Shown here: piece after piece, positions 40,555 to 53,317 of the stretch
Layout of the letters: every line of letters starts with the position of its first letter
Position numbering within the stretch: the stretch's first letter is position 1
Assembly (NCBI RefSeq): GCF_006345805.1
Contig: NC_042999.1
Span: forward strand, 166,904,001-166,968,000
DNA: 64,000 nucleotides
Direction: 5' to 3'
Source of the DNA: Octopus sinensis
Taxonomy: Eukaryota
Made by a program: the position numbers and the translations under genes
Notes under the pieces: generated by a model
Database searches by the model: none
What the model saw: only the letters and a program-made list of their open reading frames with translations
What the model was told of the DNA's origin: nothing

Positions 40555-42657
40555 TTAGAGTATGTTTAGTTGTGGTCTGTATTTTTGAATAAGATTATTT
40601 TCCCTATTTATTCGTGTTTGGTCTGAGGTGTTGTCCGGGCATTGATATAGTGGGAAAACTAAGAATTTGGGGGACTTATTGTGTGCACAGAGGTCTAAGT
40701 GTCCACTAAGTGGTAATTGTCTTGTGGTGGGGTCCCTCAGTTGTTGGCGGTGAACTGTCATCCTTTCTCTGAGGGTAAGGCTCGTTTGCCCTATGTAGTC
40801 TTCGTGGCACCCTTCATATCTTATGACATAGAGTAAATTTTTTTGATGCGCAGGTGAAATTATTTTTTATGATGAAGGTGTGTCCTGAATGGAACTTGTA
40901 CGTCGATCCTTCAATGAGGGGGATGCAAGTCCTGCAGCTGGAACGACCACATTTTTTGACGGTGGGTGGTGGGTTTGTGCTGTGTAATTTTGTGTTGATG
41001 AGTAGGTTTTTTTAGGGATTTGGGTTGTCTCTTACTTTTTATTATTTTATGAGCTGCGAATAATTTTTTTAGGCGTGGGTCTTTATTTAGCTGTGGAATG
41101 TTGTTGCATATAATAGTGTAAGCTTCTGCATTTCTTGGGTTGTGTGTTGAGAGATAGGGTATGCTATTTACTGTACTGTGGATGTGTTTTGGTTTTCGTA
41201 AGTCTTGAGTGTTAATTGATTTGGCCCGTTCTATTCCGTTGTCCACTAGTGATGCTGAGTAATGTCTTTCAAGAAGAATTGCCCTTAGTTTCCGAAGTCT
41301 TCTATTTCGTGTTGTGTCATTTGAGACAATTGTGCAGATTCTTCTCGCTAGGTTGAAGGAGATATTTGTCTTTGTGCGCTTTGGGCGATTGGAGGTGAAT
41401 AGAAGGTATTGTTTAGAATCAGTGGGTTTGTAATGGATGTCAGTTTCAATGTTGACGCCTTTTTTAATGATTAGAATGTCAAGAAAAGGGAGTTGGTCCT
41501 GACTATATTCCATTGTGAATTGGATGTGGTTATTTACACTGTTGATAAGGTTTTTAAAGTCAATAAGTTTGTCGAGTGTGTGGGACCATAGGATGAGTCA
41601 ATCATCTAAGTAGCGTTTCCAGTTCTCCAACAGGTATTTGTGGAAAGACTGGCCGTACTTATATTTGGATTTTTCATAAATATGTGATTCCAGGTTTGCA
41701 TAGGTAGGGGCAACTTTCGTACCCATTGCAGTTCCTGAAACCTGTCTGTAAGTGTTATTATTAAAATTCATAAAGTTGTTTTGCAGAATAAATTTGAGGC
41801 CCTCAATGATGAATTCTTTTTTATTCTTTCCGGGATCTCATTGGGATATTTATCCAGCCAGAATTTAATGGCTTCCAGTCCATATTCATGTGGGATCGTT
41901 GTGTAAATGTTTATTACATCAAAGGAAACGATTAAAGTGTCTTTATCGGTATGTTTGGGGAGATGATTTAATAGGTCCAGGTCATCTCTTACAAAATTTG
42001 GAATGTGTTTCAGTATTGGTTTTAGAATGATATCGATAAAGTTGCTAAGTCTGTGTGTTTCACAGCTTGGGCCTGCCACTATTGGTCTCAGTTTGAGATC
42101 AGTGGGATGTGGTATAGTGATGCAGGTTGAAGTGGACTTTTTGCAAGCTTCTGTGATAATTTCACTCTTGTGTAATTTTGGAAGGCCATAGAGCGTGCTG
42201 GTTTTGCAATTAAAGTTTGTTATGTAGTCGCATTCCTTTGCTGTTAAGTCATTCCGGTGTTGGTAAATGACTGCCTTTAATTTGGTCATTGTTTTGGATT
42301 GCTGGTAGTCGACTACTCTTTCATAGTAGGTAGTATCCTCTAAAGGTGAGATACAGAGTTTTTATATTGCTCAGTATTCATAATAACGACAGTACTACCC
42401 TTATCTGCTTCCTTTATTGTGACGTCATGATTATCTCGTAGCGTATGGATGATTTCCCATTCTCTTTTACTGGTGTTGGGTTTGGGTTTAGGTTGTGGGA
42501 GTTCACCATAAGGGAAGTTTGAGATGTAGTCGCAAAATTTGTTTAAGAGTTCGTTTCTGCCTTTTATGGGATTATAGCTGCTTTTGTTACGAACCATTGA
42601 TTCGTCGATTAGTTTTCTTGTCAAAAAATTCCTCTGTGAGGCGTAATTTTCTGCAAA
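40555..42657 (-). pseudogene. Penelope RT + GIY-YIG endonuclease ORF, disrupted
   Basis: ORF pieces 42340-42624, 41768-42289, 40911-41513 and 40555-40761 are collinear and separated by frameshifts and stops. Confidence 0.85.
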
Positions 42658-43150
42658 ATTAACATGGTGGACAGGCCAGTTTTAGCTTCCCTACTATTAT
42701 AATGTAAACCTTTTTGAACTCATAATATTCTGTGCGTGTATGCCAATATTCCACTGAACTTTTTAATAATTCCTTCTGGAAATTATCTTGAGAACGTATA
42801 ATATATTTGCTGTAATCTTTTGTGCCCAATATTTCAATGAACTTGTCACCAAAGAATATATATATATATATATGTGTTGTAGTACTCTGTGTCAACCAAT
42901 ATTCTGTGCGTGTTTGAATATACAGATACAATACCAATATCCCACTGAACTTTTTAATAATTCCTTCTGGAAACTATCTTCAACATGTTCTTGAGAATGA
43001 TTATTTATGTTGTAATCTTTTGTGCCCAATATGTTAAGGAACTTGTTAAACTTTTTAATGTCCTTAACATGTCCTTGTTACCAAAGAATGTACATATGTA
43101 ACGTAGCATTTTGTAACAACCAATAATTAACGCAACCAAACTTCTACATG

Positions 43151-43195
43151 TTACTTTTGACAATCTTTTACCAAAGAGTGAAACCGGTAAAGTAA
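43151..43195 (+). ncRNA. Hammerhead variant with U3-A8 core in the inverted pLTR (sense copy at ~38146-38190, minus strand)
   Basis: ttactt-TTGACAA-tcttt...aaagagt-GAAAC-CG-GTA-aagtaa, with a perfect 6-bp stem I. Confidence 0.65.
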
Positions 43196-43294
43196 ATAAA
43201 CATCTTTTAAAATTGCATTTTCAAACCTTTCGTATATAATTCCACTTGTGCGGTACCCTACAACTCCACCTTGTTATATATATATATATATATA

Positions 43295-44420
43295 CACAGA
43301 AAGACAGAAGATGGAATATACGAGAATATATTATTAATCACGACAATTGTTTCGACACATCTACCATCAACTCCTCTTGTGGGTCACACAAAAACTGGTT
43401 CAGGAGTATCCGGTGGTACAGACGTATCTCATCGGGTGATAAATAAATAAAAAAAAACTCGTTAAAATAACTGTTCCATAATGCAACTTTCCGTTTTATA
43501 GAGAGAAAAACAGGCAGACGGAGGAAAATTCTTCAAATATATAGAAGACCCAAAAGTTAAATTGCAGAAGACAAAAAGGGAAATTATTACTTAATCAAGT
43601 GAGAAAAGTATTGAAAAAACCGTTAACAGATATGTATGTATAAACGCCCTCGGACAAGCTGGTGTTTAGAAGAACGACGAGTTTTAAAGTAAATTTAAAT
43701 CATCCATATCTTAAAGTAAAATAAAATAAAATTACACTAACTTAACGGTTACTCAAAATTCATTCTCACTGTATTGTGCAAAAATGCATTTATGTGCGTG
43801 TAGGCATCTCGATAGTCTTTCAGTATTAAGTATCTTTTCGTTAGTCCACAGAATAGACAGGGACTCCTCGGAGAAGAGACGGCATCTCCTGGAAATTGCA
43901 CTGTATGGTTTTGCATGTCTAACCATGGACCAAGTAATGTAGTATTTCGTATTAGCTTCCTTCAGTCGCCATATAAAATCTTCCAAAGATGTCGAATGTC
44001 TCTTATTGACTGACCTAAAGCTGGCAACATAATTACGATAACGATTCTTAAATGAATCAGCCGTCTGCCCAATGTAAACATAGAACCCTCCCCTTGTGTG
44101 TACGGTACATTTATATAAAGATTTGTACTCATACAGAGATTCATCACAGGACATTTTGATATACCATTGCATGAGCATTTATCGTTTTTATTTGTATATA
44201 AAGCAGTCATGACCCCATTTACCGGCGTTGTTATCGTGCTAGTTGTACCATGATTATTTCTACTACTACAAATTGATCGAAGTTGATGATTATCAATGCG
44301 GTTTACATCTCCTTGGTTGCATTTAGATGTAAATGCTTGCTAGATCCAGTTGGTGGATTGAACCTTTGTCGCATTTTGCTATTATTTATGCAGTGCATAA
44401 GCTGCTCCAAATGAGCAGAG
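43295..44420 (-). mobile_element. Second Penelope-like element 3' part (GIY-YIG domain + pLTR)
   Basis: ORF 43753-44178: LYKCTV...VYIGQTADSFKNRYRNY...TSLEDFIWRLKE...C.L..EE, followed by the hammerhead. Confidence 0.8.
43337..43440 (-). ncRNA. Type I hammerhead ribozyme downstream of GIY-YIG ORF
   Basis: Minus strand: atcac-CCGATGA-gatacgtct...agatgtgtc-GAAAC-AATT-GTC-gtgat. Perfect stem I, long stem II, GUC site; core has C instead of U at position 4. Confidence 0.78.
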
Positions 44421-44583
44421 TTATATATATATGTATACATATGTATATATGTATATATATATATATGTATATGTATGTATATATATATATATATATGTGT
44501 GTGTGTATGTATGTATATATATATGCTTGTATATATATATATATATAAATATAGATATGTATGTATATATATATGAATGTATG

Positions 44584-44626
<43 letters not shown>

Positions 44627-44674
44627 TATATATACATATACATTTATATGCATACATATATATATACTTGTATA

Positions 44675-44717
<43 letters not shown>

Positions 44718-44872
44718 ATATGCATATATATATATAAGTAGTTGAATGAATTATCCTAGTATGGATAATACTAGGATTATCGGAATTAAGAATATGCAGT
44801 CTTCGAAACATATGTCGAGAATAAAGGAATTTTGTTAAATCGTCGTTCGACTCCATTCTTTCATTTATTCAT

Positions 44873-44928
<56 letters not shown>

Positions 44929-46554
44929 TGTATTTATATAAGTATATGTATATTTATAGATATATATTTGGATACATTCATGTATATATATATGAATGCA
45001 TGTATATGTATGTATATTTATGTATGCGTGAGTGGGTAGTTATTTATTTGTGCACATAACAAATTGGTTAACAAGTGCGCTTGTTAACACTGTAGCTTCG
45101 TAACCTCAGGTTAACTACTCCCCAGTGAATAGCATCTGACAGAGGAAAACTAAGCAGAAGACCATCGTATTTCTATGCTGCGACCATTTCTTCCTTCAGC
45201 CGTCACATACTGTTCTGTTGAGTCAATGAGTGGGAAGGTCGAGTGAGTATCTATGTCTACATAGACCCAAGACAGTTAGCAAACTTTCTGTAGATTGCTG
45301 GTTTAATGTCGAAGATTTCGCATTAATTGTTGGATATCGAGTTCCTCCCTTCTTTAGGACCTTAACTACAGCTAAAAATGGCACATGCGAAAGATAAATG
45401 ATATAAAATTGCTTAACCGAGAGTCGAACCGGTGCTGTAGCGTGGGCGGAGTTTAATATTCTATGTATGACATTCAAATGGTTAAAGACTTTACTATACG
45501 TCAAATAAACACTATCTAGAAATCTTGGTCATTACTGTCATGAAAGAAACCTCATTGATGAGAACTGACTGCTGTTTTGTAAAAGTTAACAAAAACAGTA
45601 CGGCCTTCACCTGGAATGCACACAGGCATCATATTTACTTTGTTTTCACTGTTTTTTTCTTTTTTTTTTACATAATGAATATTTTTATAGGGCGTGTAAG
45701 AAGAAATTCGAAAGAAATTTTATACTGAAGACAAATTCCTATCTCTGTAATATATATTCTGCACCCACTAAGGCGTCCCCCCCACCTTTGATAATATGTC
45801 CTTTTCTATCTAGTCTGACGGCGTCACGGCTTCACTTTGCTGAAATGAAAGCTGAGAATGAATAGTGGTCCTGTGAAGGAAACTGATTTGCTTTAACTTT
45901 AAGTAAACATTTAGACCCACTGAAAAATATTGATTCCAAATTTTGGTACGAGGCCAGTAATTTCGGGGAAGGAGTAAGTCGATTACATCGACCCCAGTGC
46001 TCAACTGCTGTTTAGTTTATCGATCCCGAAAGGATGAAAGGTAAAGTCGACTTCGACGAAATTTGAAATCAGAACGTAACCCACTGAAAATGATAATAAA
46101 CAAAATATACTTAAACTTTAATAATATTTCAAACTTTTAGATATCAAATCACGATTATTTTTATTCTTAGACTAATTAATTTTTAACTTTAAGAAATTAT
46201 GTTTAGGTTTAACAAGTTGTAAAGTAGCGGTCACTGTGAGCTACCTAATTCATAAAATCAGAATCATTACACTTTGTAGGGAGTCAGTAGTCGTTGTAGA
46301 AGCTGAAAATTCAAAGAAAGCCAGCAAAAATGTAAAGTGAAATCGAGTGAGAGGAAACTAGTGTAACTGGTAGCATGTTTACTCCGTAAGCAATAAATAA
46401 ATTGTTTGGTATCTGCCTGTGAGTTTGATATTTCCAATCATAAATTGGTAATTACAAATACATATAATTACAAATACATACAAATACATATGTATGTAAA
46501 TACATATACATACATACATACATACATACATACATACATACATACATACATACT

Positions 46555-46699
46555 ACAGATACATCTATCACTGGAACTGTAAAAATGTGTAAAACTTTCC
46601 AGAAGTTTATCATTTAAGTATATATGAGCATGTCTAGATATGCATGTATATGCGTGAGAATACATACATAGAACAAAATATACAAATCTGCCAGGATAA

Positions 46700-46745
<46 letters not shown>

Positions 46746-47318
46746 GGTGGCTGCCCCTCGTTATCGAGTATGGCCATTGCACGAAGCGTAATCAATGTTG
46801 TTATCGTGCAATGCCTGTGCAAGAAGATTTTTTTTAAAGTGAGGAAAGGCTGTGCACTGAGTCAATCCCACTCACTAAGCAACAGCAGCCATAATCCGAA
46901 AAGAAGAACAAGTCAACATCATCGGTAACCACTGAGCCGCAGGTTTTATGTCGGAGTTATCCCAGTTACCTGAGTTACCTTCTCCTAGAAGGATGCCCTA
47001 ACAAAGGCTAGGAGTCCTTCACTCCCAATGGTTTAACCGCGCGATCGGGTATTCAGTCTGATTATTTCTATGTCCCAGTGTATGATACAGCCTTAAGCCT
47101 TAAGAAAAAAAATTACACATTTATTGGATGGCCGTTGACTCTCAAGAGTTCCTCCGCCCTTTGTCGGGTTTTGTTTTTCATCCCGCAGAGTGTCCAATAA
47201 ACACCCTCCTCACCAAGCAAGCTTGGTGGGGTTGCCGGTTTAGTCGCTGACGACTCGACCATGCAACAGGTTGTACTGGGTTTCATGTTACCAGTAGCAT
47301 TCGATATTGACCTGACAT

Positions 47319-47376
<58 letters not shown>

Positions 47377-47520
47377 CATACATACATACATACATACATA
47401 CATACATACAAGAATACCGTTACTGATGTTGAAATTCTAATGAAGGAACCTTGGATAGCGGTTATAAATCGGCTCTTTCTCTGTTGGCCTGAAATCTTGA
47501 AATAAAACTTAATAATGATA
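46555..47520 (+). mobile_element. R4/Dong-like 3' end split by a nested minus-strand RTE-derived element (46745-47315)
   Basis: 46555-46697 and 47410-47520 are consecutive parts of the R4-like 3' end. Between them, flanked by (GATA)n, lie an RTE-type tail and 5' UTR (gcctttgttagggcatccttctaggagaagg on the minus strand). Confidence 0.65.
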
Positions 47521-47818
47521 TGCATACATACATACATACATACATACATACATACATACGTACACTAAACACACATACTCACACGCACATATATAAAATA
47601 CACACGCACATAAATGATAAAAAACAATTTCTCAATGGAAATGTGTAAATGTTTTAAAATGTTTTTAATGAAACACCTACACTAATTTGAAATAATATCT
47701 TATCAAAACTTTTTGTTTGTGTCTATTGTTTTAGTTGTTTTAGGCGGTCAACACCTTTCACTTGCATTTTCTCTATCAGTCGAGTCAACTTTTCACCAAT
47801 TTCCCATGATTCAACAAC

Positions 47819-47881
<63 letters not shown>

Positions 47882-50045
47882 GCTGTAGTTTAGTATATAA
47901 GAACACGATTGCTCTTAGTTTGGAAATAGTCTTACTTCGCAACTGGCTTCTGATCATGTACACGTCAAGGAAAAACTTGTGATGGAGCGGTGATAGAACT
48001 GTAATGTTGATGTAACTATAGTAAATGTATATTCTAAAGTAGAGTATAGTCCAGAAATTATAATCTTAATACGTATGTACTCGCTTATCACGGGTATCTG
48101 GTAAAAAAAAAAAGCGCGTTAAATGAATCGGCGATAAATGAATAATAGAACATATGGGGAAAATAAGTTTCGTTCCGAGATCCGAAGATGATCCCCCAAC
48201 TTACCCAAATAACATTTCCAAATGGTTTGGAGCACATCATGATATTGTTTCAGGCTAGTAAAAATATTTAAAGTAAAATTTAATAACATACGATCAATAA
48301 ATTATAGAAATATAACTGAAAAATATCATATCAAGCAGAATCATTGACATAGCCGATTCGTGTTATCACAGATCAATTCATGATAAGCGTAATATGGTTC
48401 ATAACTGAGCGGACTGTGTTATTTCGGATCAGTGATTACTAAATTAGTGATAAACGGGGATAGATGTGCTACATCTCTTTTTATTTGGTTCTGCTTAGTT
48501 CAGAATCAATCCCGAAGGAAATCTATGTTAAAAGGAATTAGTCATGACATCCCGGCTTTTGTTTATTTTTGAGGTACATTGTATCCCAGACTAAATCATT
48601 CAATGTTTTCTTTACTTTTTAAGACAACAGAGCATGGTACAGGGTGAGGACTTAGTTGCAACTTCAAGAGACTACAAGAAATACTAAGTTAGTAATGTGT
48701 GTCACCACTTGAAGAGCTACTCAAATATGAGTTGATAATTGTGATTTCAAGTGCATATATAACGTGTATGTACATTCAGTAAACTGGTAACTGACAACAT
48801 CAAATAGATACATTAAGAGAATATAGAGAGACGAAGGCATGTTTCTGTGATTAAAAAGTTAGCTTCATTAAGAAGTGGTCACAGGTTCGGCCCCAATGTG
48901 TGCAATTTTGGTAAAAAGGTCTTACAGCCTCGCGTCGAGCGAGTGGAATTGGTAGTCGGAAACTGTGCAAAAGCCTGTCGTATGCGCACACATGTATGTA
49001 TTGGGTACATATATGTATATGTGTGCATGTGTGTGTGTGAGTGAATATGTATATATATATATATATCTCTTAATTCATTATGCCGGCTACAGTCAAACGA
49101 TGCTGAGTGATGAACCAGCTTTTTTAGGTTGCACCAAGCTGTGCCGATACATTGTAGGATAAATATAGCAATAATAGCAATAATCCCTGGATGGAATTCA
49201 TGAATATTTTAGTGCATTGCTACGCACGTTTCCACAAAGCACATGTCTCTTAAGATCACTGTCCGTATTCCTGGGATAATTGCAGTGTAGTCCGTAGTAC
49301 CCGTACCCATCGGGTAGATCGTCTTCATGGATTAATTTCTTCAGTGCGAACGCGTGTGTGTACGCGCATGTGTGTATGCGCATGTGTGTGAGTGTCATTT
49401 CGCCCCTAGTGGGTAATAAAGAAAAAGTGTGTGAGTGTCAGTCTTTATTTTCTACTGATGCTTCTAGCAAAACGGTGTTTGTGTTTATGTGTCGTGTCTA
49501 GCGTTGCGACAAGTGGATATCGATAACCCAAGTATGAAAAATAAGTGTAAGAGTCGATATGACTGGCTAAACATCCTTCAACGATGTGCCCCACCATGGC
49601 GCTAGTGCTATAACTGAAACAAGTAATAGAGATATATTTCTACAAGAGATATATTTCTACGAAAAACATATACGTCGTTCCTTCGATGTTTCTTTCATAT
49701 GATTTTCTAATATCGACTGTATTCAGCTCACCAAGTCAATGAAGCTGTGTGCATCTTCTCTCAATACTTGCTGCATCAGACCTGTTTGTCTTCATCTTTA
49801 TTTTCTCATTAATTCTTTCATCATGAACAACATGCAAAATTCTATCATTATCAAAGTACATTTCATGAGTAGTTAGTTCTACTAAATATTTCTTTCTTTC
49901 TAGCATTAGCAGATGGTCATATATTTTATTTATTTGCTGGTTATGATGTGTGTGTGTTGGGAAATATAGGTGATAAACTTGAGTTTATAAAGTTGAGAGG
50001 CAAAATCGACACCAGCGAGGTTTTAACAATGTATACTAAATTATT

Positions 50046-50370
50046 GGCACTCCGTCGGTTGCGACGACGAGGGTTCCAGTTGATTCGATCAACGGAACAG
50101 ATCCACTCGGAAAAATAATGTGCAAGTGGATGAGCACTTCACAAGCACGTGTACCCTTCACGTAGTTCTCAGGGAAACTCAGCGTCACACAGAGTGTGAT
50201 AAGGGCTGGCCCTTTGAATTACAGGCACTAATCATTTTTACCAGCCGAGTGGACTGAAGCAACGTGAAATAGAGTGTCTTGCTGAAGGACACAACTCGTC
50301 GTTAGGAATTGAACCTTGCGACCTTACTATCGCGAGCTGAATACCATAACCGCTTAGGCATGCGCCTTTA
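50046..50370 (-). mobile_element. tRNA-derived SINE sharing its 3' half with the 6286 SINE
   Basis: 50046-50225 is the reverse complement of 6487-6665. Its head is different (ggcgcatgcctaagcggtt...ggttcaattcc). Confidence 0.75.
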
Positions 50371-50957
50371 TTATTGTATATTAAGTACGACAAAGAATTT
50401 TGTGAAACACTTCTCTCTCTGCCACCGACAGCTCTTTCCCCTCCCTACAAATACTAACTTTTTAAATATTTGGATGGAGCCAGTAATTAAAGGGTTGATC
50501 TTGGAGTAAGGGAGGCAGTTAATTGATTAAATCTACCCCCATATTGCAACATTTATTTATTGACCCACGAACTAATAGTATGAAATTCAAAGAAAGAATA
50601 CTTAAATAGACGTAATTAAATTTAGTTCAAATTCGAGCCTGCCACCGGCCGTTCTATTTCTCCACTTGGCGTTAACCACAAGGCCCGCAAGTTCGGATCA
50701 AATCGATTACTTTAACAAGATAAAATGCAAAGTGGGCCACCTTGGAATTTTTAACTTCAAACATAAAGACGGACGGAATACTGCTAAGCATTTAGCCCAG
50801 TGTTTTAACGGTTCCGCCAGATAGCCGCCTTCCGATTTAAGGAAATTATTTACCATATTTTAGCAGTTCCATCATATTTCATGCCATTTAAATATGTATG
50901 TCAGCACCATCGTTTTACATTTGATATCGACTCACCTCTTTTTCTTTATCCTTATAG

Positions 50958-51087
50958 GCACATGTGTATGGTCATGCGAGGGGTCCAGAAACTCAACAGC
51001 AAGACAGTTACAAGTACTATGTTAGGTGTATTACGAGAGGATCCTAAATCTCGTGAGGAATTTCTTACACTTGTGAATAATAGGTGA
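50958..51087 (+). CDS. GCH1: GTP cyclohydrolase I, last coding exon (equivalent to human exon 6)
   Basis: Polypyrimidine tract + ttatag|G CAC ATG TGT ATG GTC ATG CGA GGG encodes [42 protein letters not shown]. The HMC motif holds a Zn-ligand Cys. Phase is compatible with the previous exon (AC|G = Thr). Stop TGA at 51085-51087. Confidence 0.95.
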
Positions 51088-51244
51088 GTGTTATTACAAT
51101 GTTTTACATTCTTAAATTTGTGACTTTTGTGCATTGATAGATACAATGCATTTAAAGTATATATAATATATATCAATATAAATATATATTATACGAATTA
51201 ATAATATTTATACACATATACATACATATATACATACATACACA

Positions 51245-51337
51245 CGTGCGCAACGCACGCACGCTCGCAGTGCACGTTCGCACGCTCGCAAGGCACGTTC
51301 GCACGCTCGCAACGCTCGCACGCTCGCAACGCACGCT

Positions 51338-51345
<8 letters not shown>
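51245..51345. repeat. CpG-rich (GCACGCTC)n-like microsatellite downstream of the GCH1 stop
   Basis: cgcacgcacgctcgcagtgcacgttcgcacgctcgc... grading into (CA)n. Confidence 0.8.
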
Positions 51346-51384
<39 letters not shown>

Positions 51385-51571
51385 TATACAACCAGTTTCT
51401 CAAGTGCTTGCTAGTGAATCACGATATTCGGAACAGTAAAATGACTGATCCCAGTCCTATAAAAATATTTACACACTACTTCACTATTGTGGATTTTTTA
51501 CATTTTTAAAAATTCAAACGATCGCTCGCGTTAGATTTTGGATGTGTGCGTGTGTGTAATTTAAAATATAT

Positions 51572-51619
<48 letters not shown>

Positions 51620-51761
51620 ACGCAGAATTGCCGTTAGAACAGCAAAAATACTAGGTATGTTACCCTTACATGTTTTACACCAAAACAAAACACATACATG
51701 ATAACACTTTCAGATAGGATCAGAAGCCATGAGAGCCAATCCCTGGTATTGTATCAGGGCA

Positions 51762-51794
<33 letters not shown>

Positions 51795-51892
51795 CTTTTT
51801 TTTTCTTCTTCTTTCAAATTTGCTTCCATTTCTTGCCGAGTGTCTTCCCGACTCCTAGGGCAAAGAAGACACTCGGCAAGAAATGGAAGCAA

Positions 51893-51935
<43 letters not shown>

Positions 51936-51937
51936 TA

Positions 51938-52520
51938 AGGCAGAGAGCTGGGAGAACCTTTACCGCGCTGGACGGAATGCTTAGCGGTATTTCGCCTGTC
52001 GCTACGTTCTGAGTTCAAATTCCGCCGAGGTCGACTTTGCCTTTCATCCTTTCGGTGTCGATTAAATAAGTACCAGTCGAACACTGGGAGCGTTGTAATC
52101 GATTCATCTCCACCTCCCTCAAGCTGCTCTTGTGGAAAAAATTTGAAATAATAATAATAGTTATTATTATTGTTATATATAATAAGGCGGCGAGCAGGCA
52201 GAAACGTTAGCACCTCGGGCGAAATGCTTAGAGGTATTTCGTCTGCCGTTACGTTCTGAGTTCAAATTCCGCCGAGGTCGACTTTGCCTTTCATCCTTTC
52301 GGGGTCGATAAATTAAGTACCAGTTAGGCACTGGGGTCGATGTAATCGACTTAATCCGTTTGTCTGTCCTTGTTTGTCCCCTCTATGTTTAGCCCCTTGT
52401 GGGTAATAAAGAAACAAGTATTTCGTCTGCTGCTACGTTCTGAGTTCAAATTCCTCCGAGGTCGACTTTGCCTTTCCTCCTTTCGACTTAATCCCCTGCT
52501 CTTTTCGCAAAATTTGAAAT
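51938..52520 (+). mobile_element. Cluster of three family-2 tRNA-derived SINE copies
   Basis: Repeated ...gttctgagttcaaattccgccgaggtcgactttgcctttcatcctttcggggtcgat... starting at ~51938, 52186 and 52416. Confidence 0.85.
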
Positions 52521-53317
52521 GTTTGTTGTTGCTGCTGTTGTTGTTGTTATACTTTCTCTTACTGTTGTTATTAATATCATCTATCTTTTCATTTTACTTC
52601 TCATAAATGTTAAAATATTGTCATTATTTCTAAAACTATGTTTTTATATCGCCTTCGTACTTTATCTATAGCTTATTTCTATTTCTCATTCGTTAGTAGG
52701 TAGTACCTATCGAAAATCCGGACTCTTGAAAGAAAAGTTTTGTTTTGTCGACTTCAATCGATGAAAAATTCATCTAAATTTGGAACAATAACGAAATATA
52801 ACTATATAAAGAATTTCATAAGAGCATCAACATTGTGATAGCCTTTATTGCACTCAGTCAAGCAACCAGCCATAGAAAGTGTATAAAACATAACTGTGAT
52901 GACGAGAATGTCTCAGTAATGCTTAGAAATTTAACTAAAAGTTCTTGAAACAGGAGAGAAATGTCTATGAATAAAAGGAAAACTCTAACAGAGATGTGTC
53001 GCAGAAGGGAAAGTGTCCAAATTAATAATTTAACAAGTTTGTAATCAACGATATGAAGAACAGGACAAAATGAAATTAAGAAGCAAAATCATTATGTTAC
53101 AATCTATATAATTTATGTATATATACATTCACATACGTGCATCTAATTAAACATATATGTACACACAAATGTATTAACACTTGTGCGTTTGCACATGCAC
53201 CTATATTCGTATGCACACACACACACACACATACACACACACATATATATATATACATACATATATATACACACACATACACATATATACATATAAATAA
53301 ATATATATATATATATA

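Larger units (their letters stand above)
38105..43235 (-). mobile_element. Penelope-like retroelement with ~600-bp inverted pLTRs (38105-38706 / 42658-43235)
   Basis: Frameshifted minus-strand RT (GLPKLHK, LRPIVAG, SFDVINIYT, GTAMGTKVAP, KRYLDD, FLD, KPTD) plus GIY-YIG region (LLYVI...YIGQT), flanked by inverted repeats carrying a hammerhead variant. Confidence 0.9.
35133..50957 (+). other. GCH1: GCH1 intron (GT-AG, phase 2, 15,825 bp) filled with transposon relics
   Basis: gtaagt donor at 35133 and ttatag acceptor ending at 50957 join the two GCH1 exons in frame. Confidence 0.88.

Noticed and set aside
48060-48420. Tigger/pogo-like MITE
   Set aside because: It has TIR-like words (cgcttatcacg, ataactgagcggactg), but I could not pair the two ends, so it is not called.
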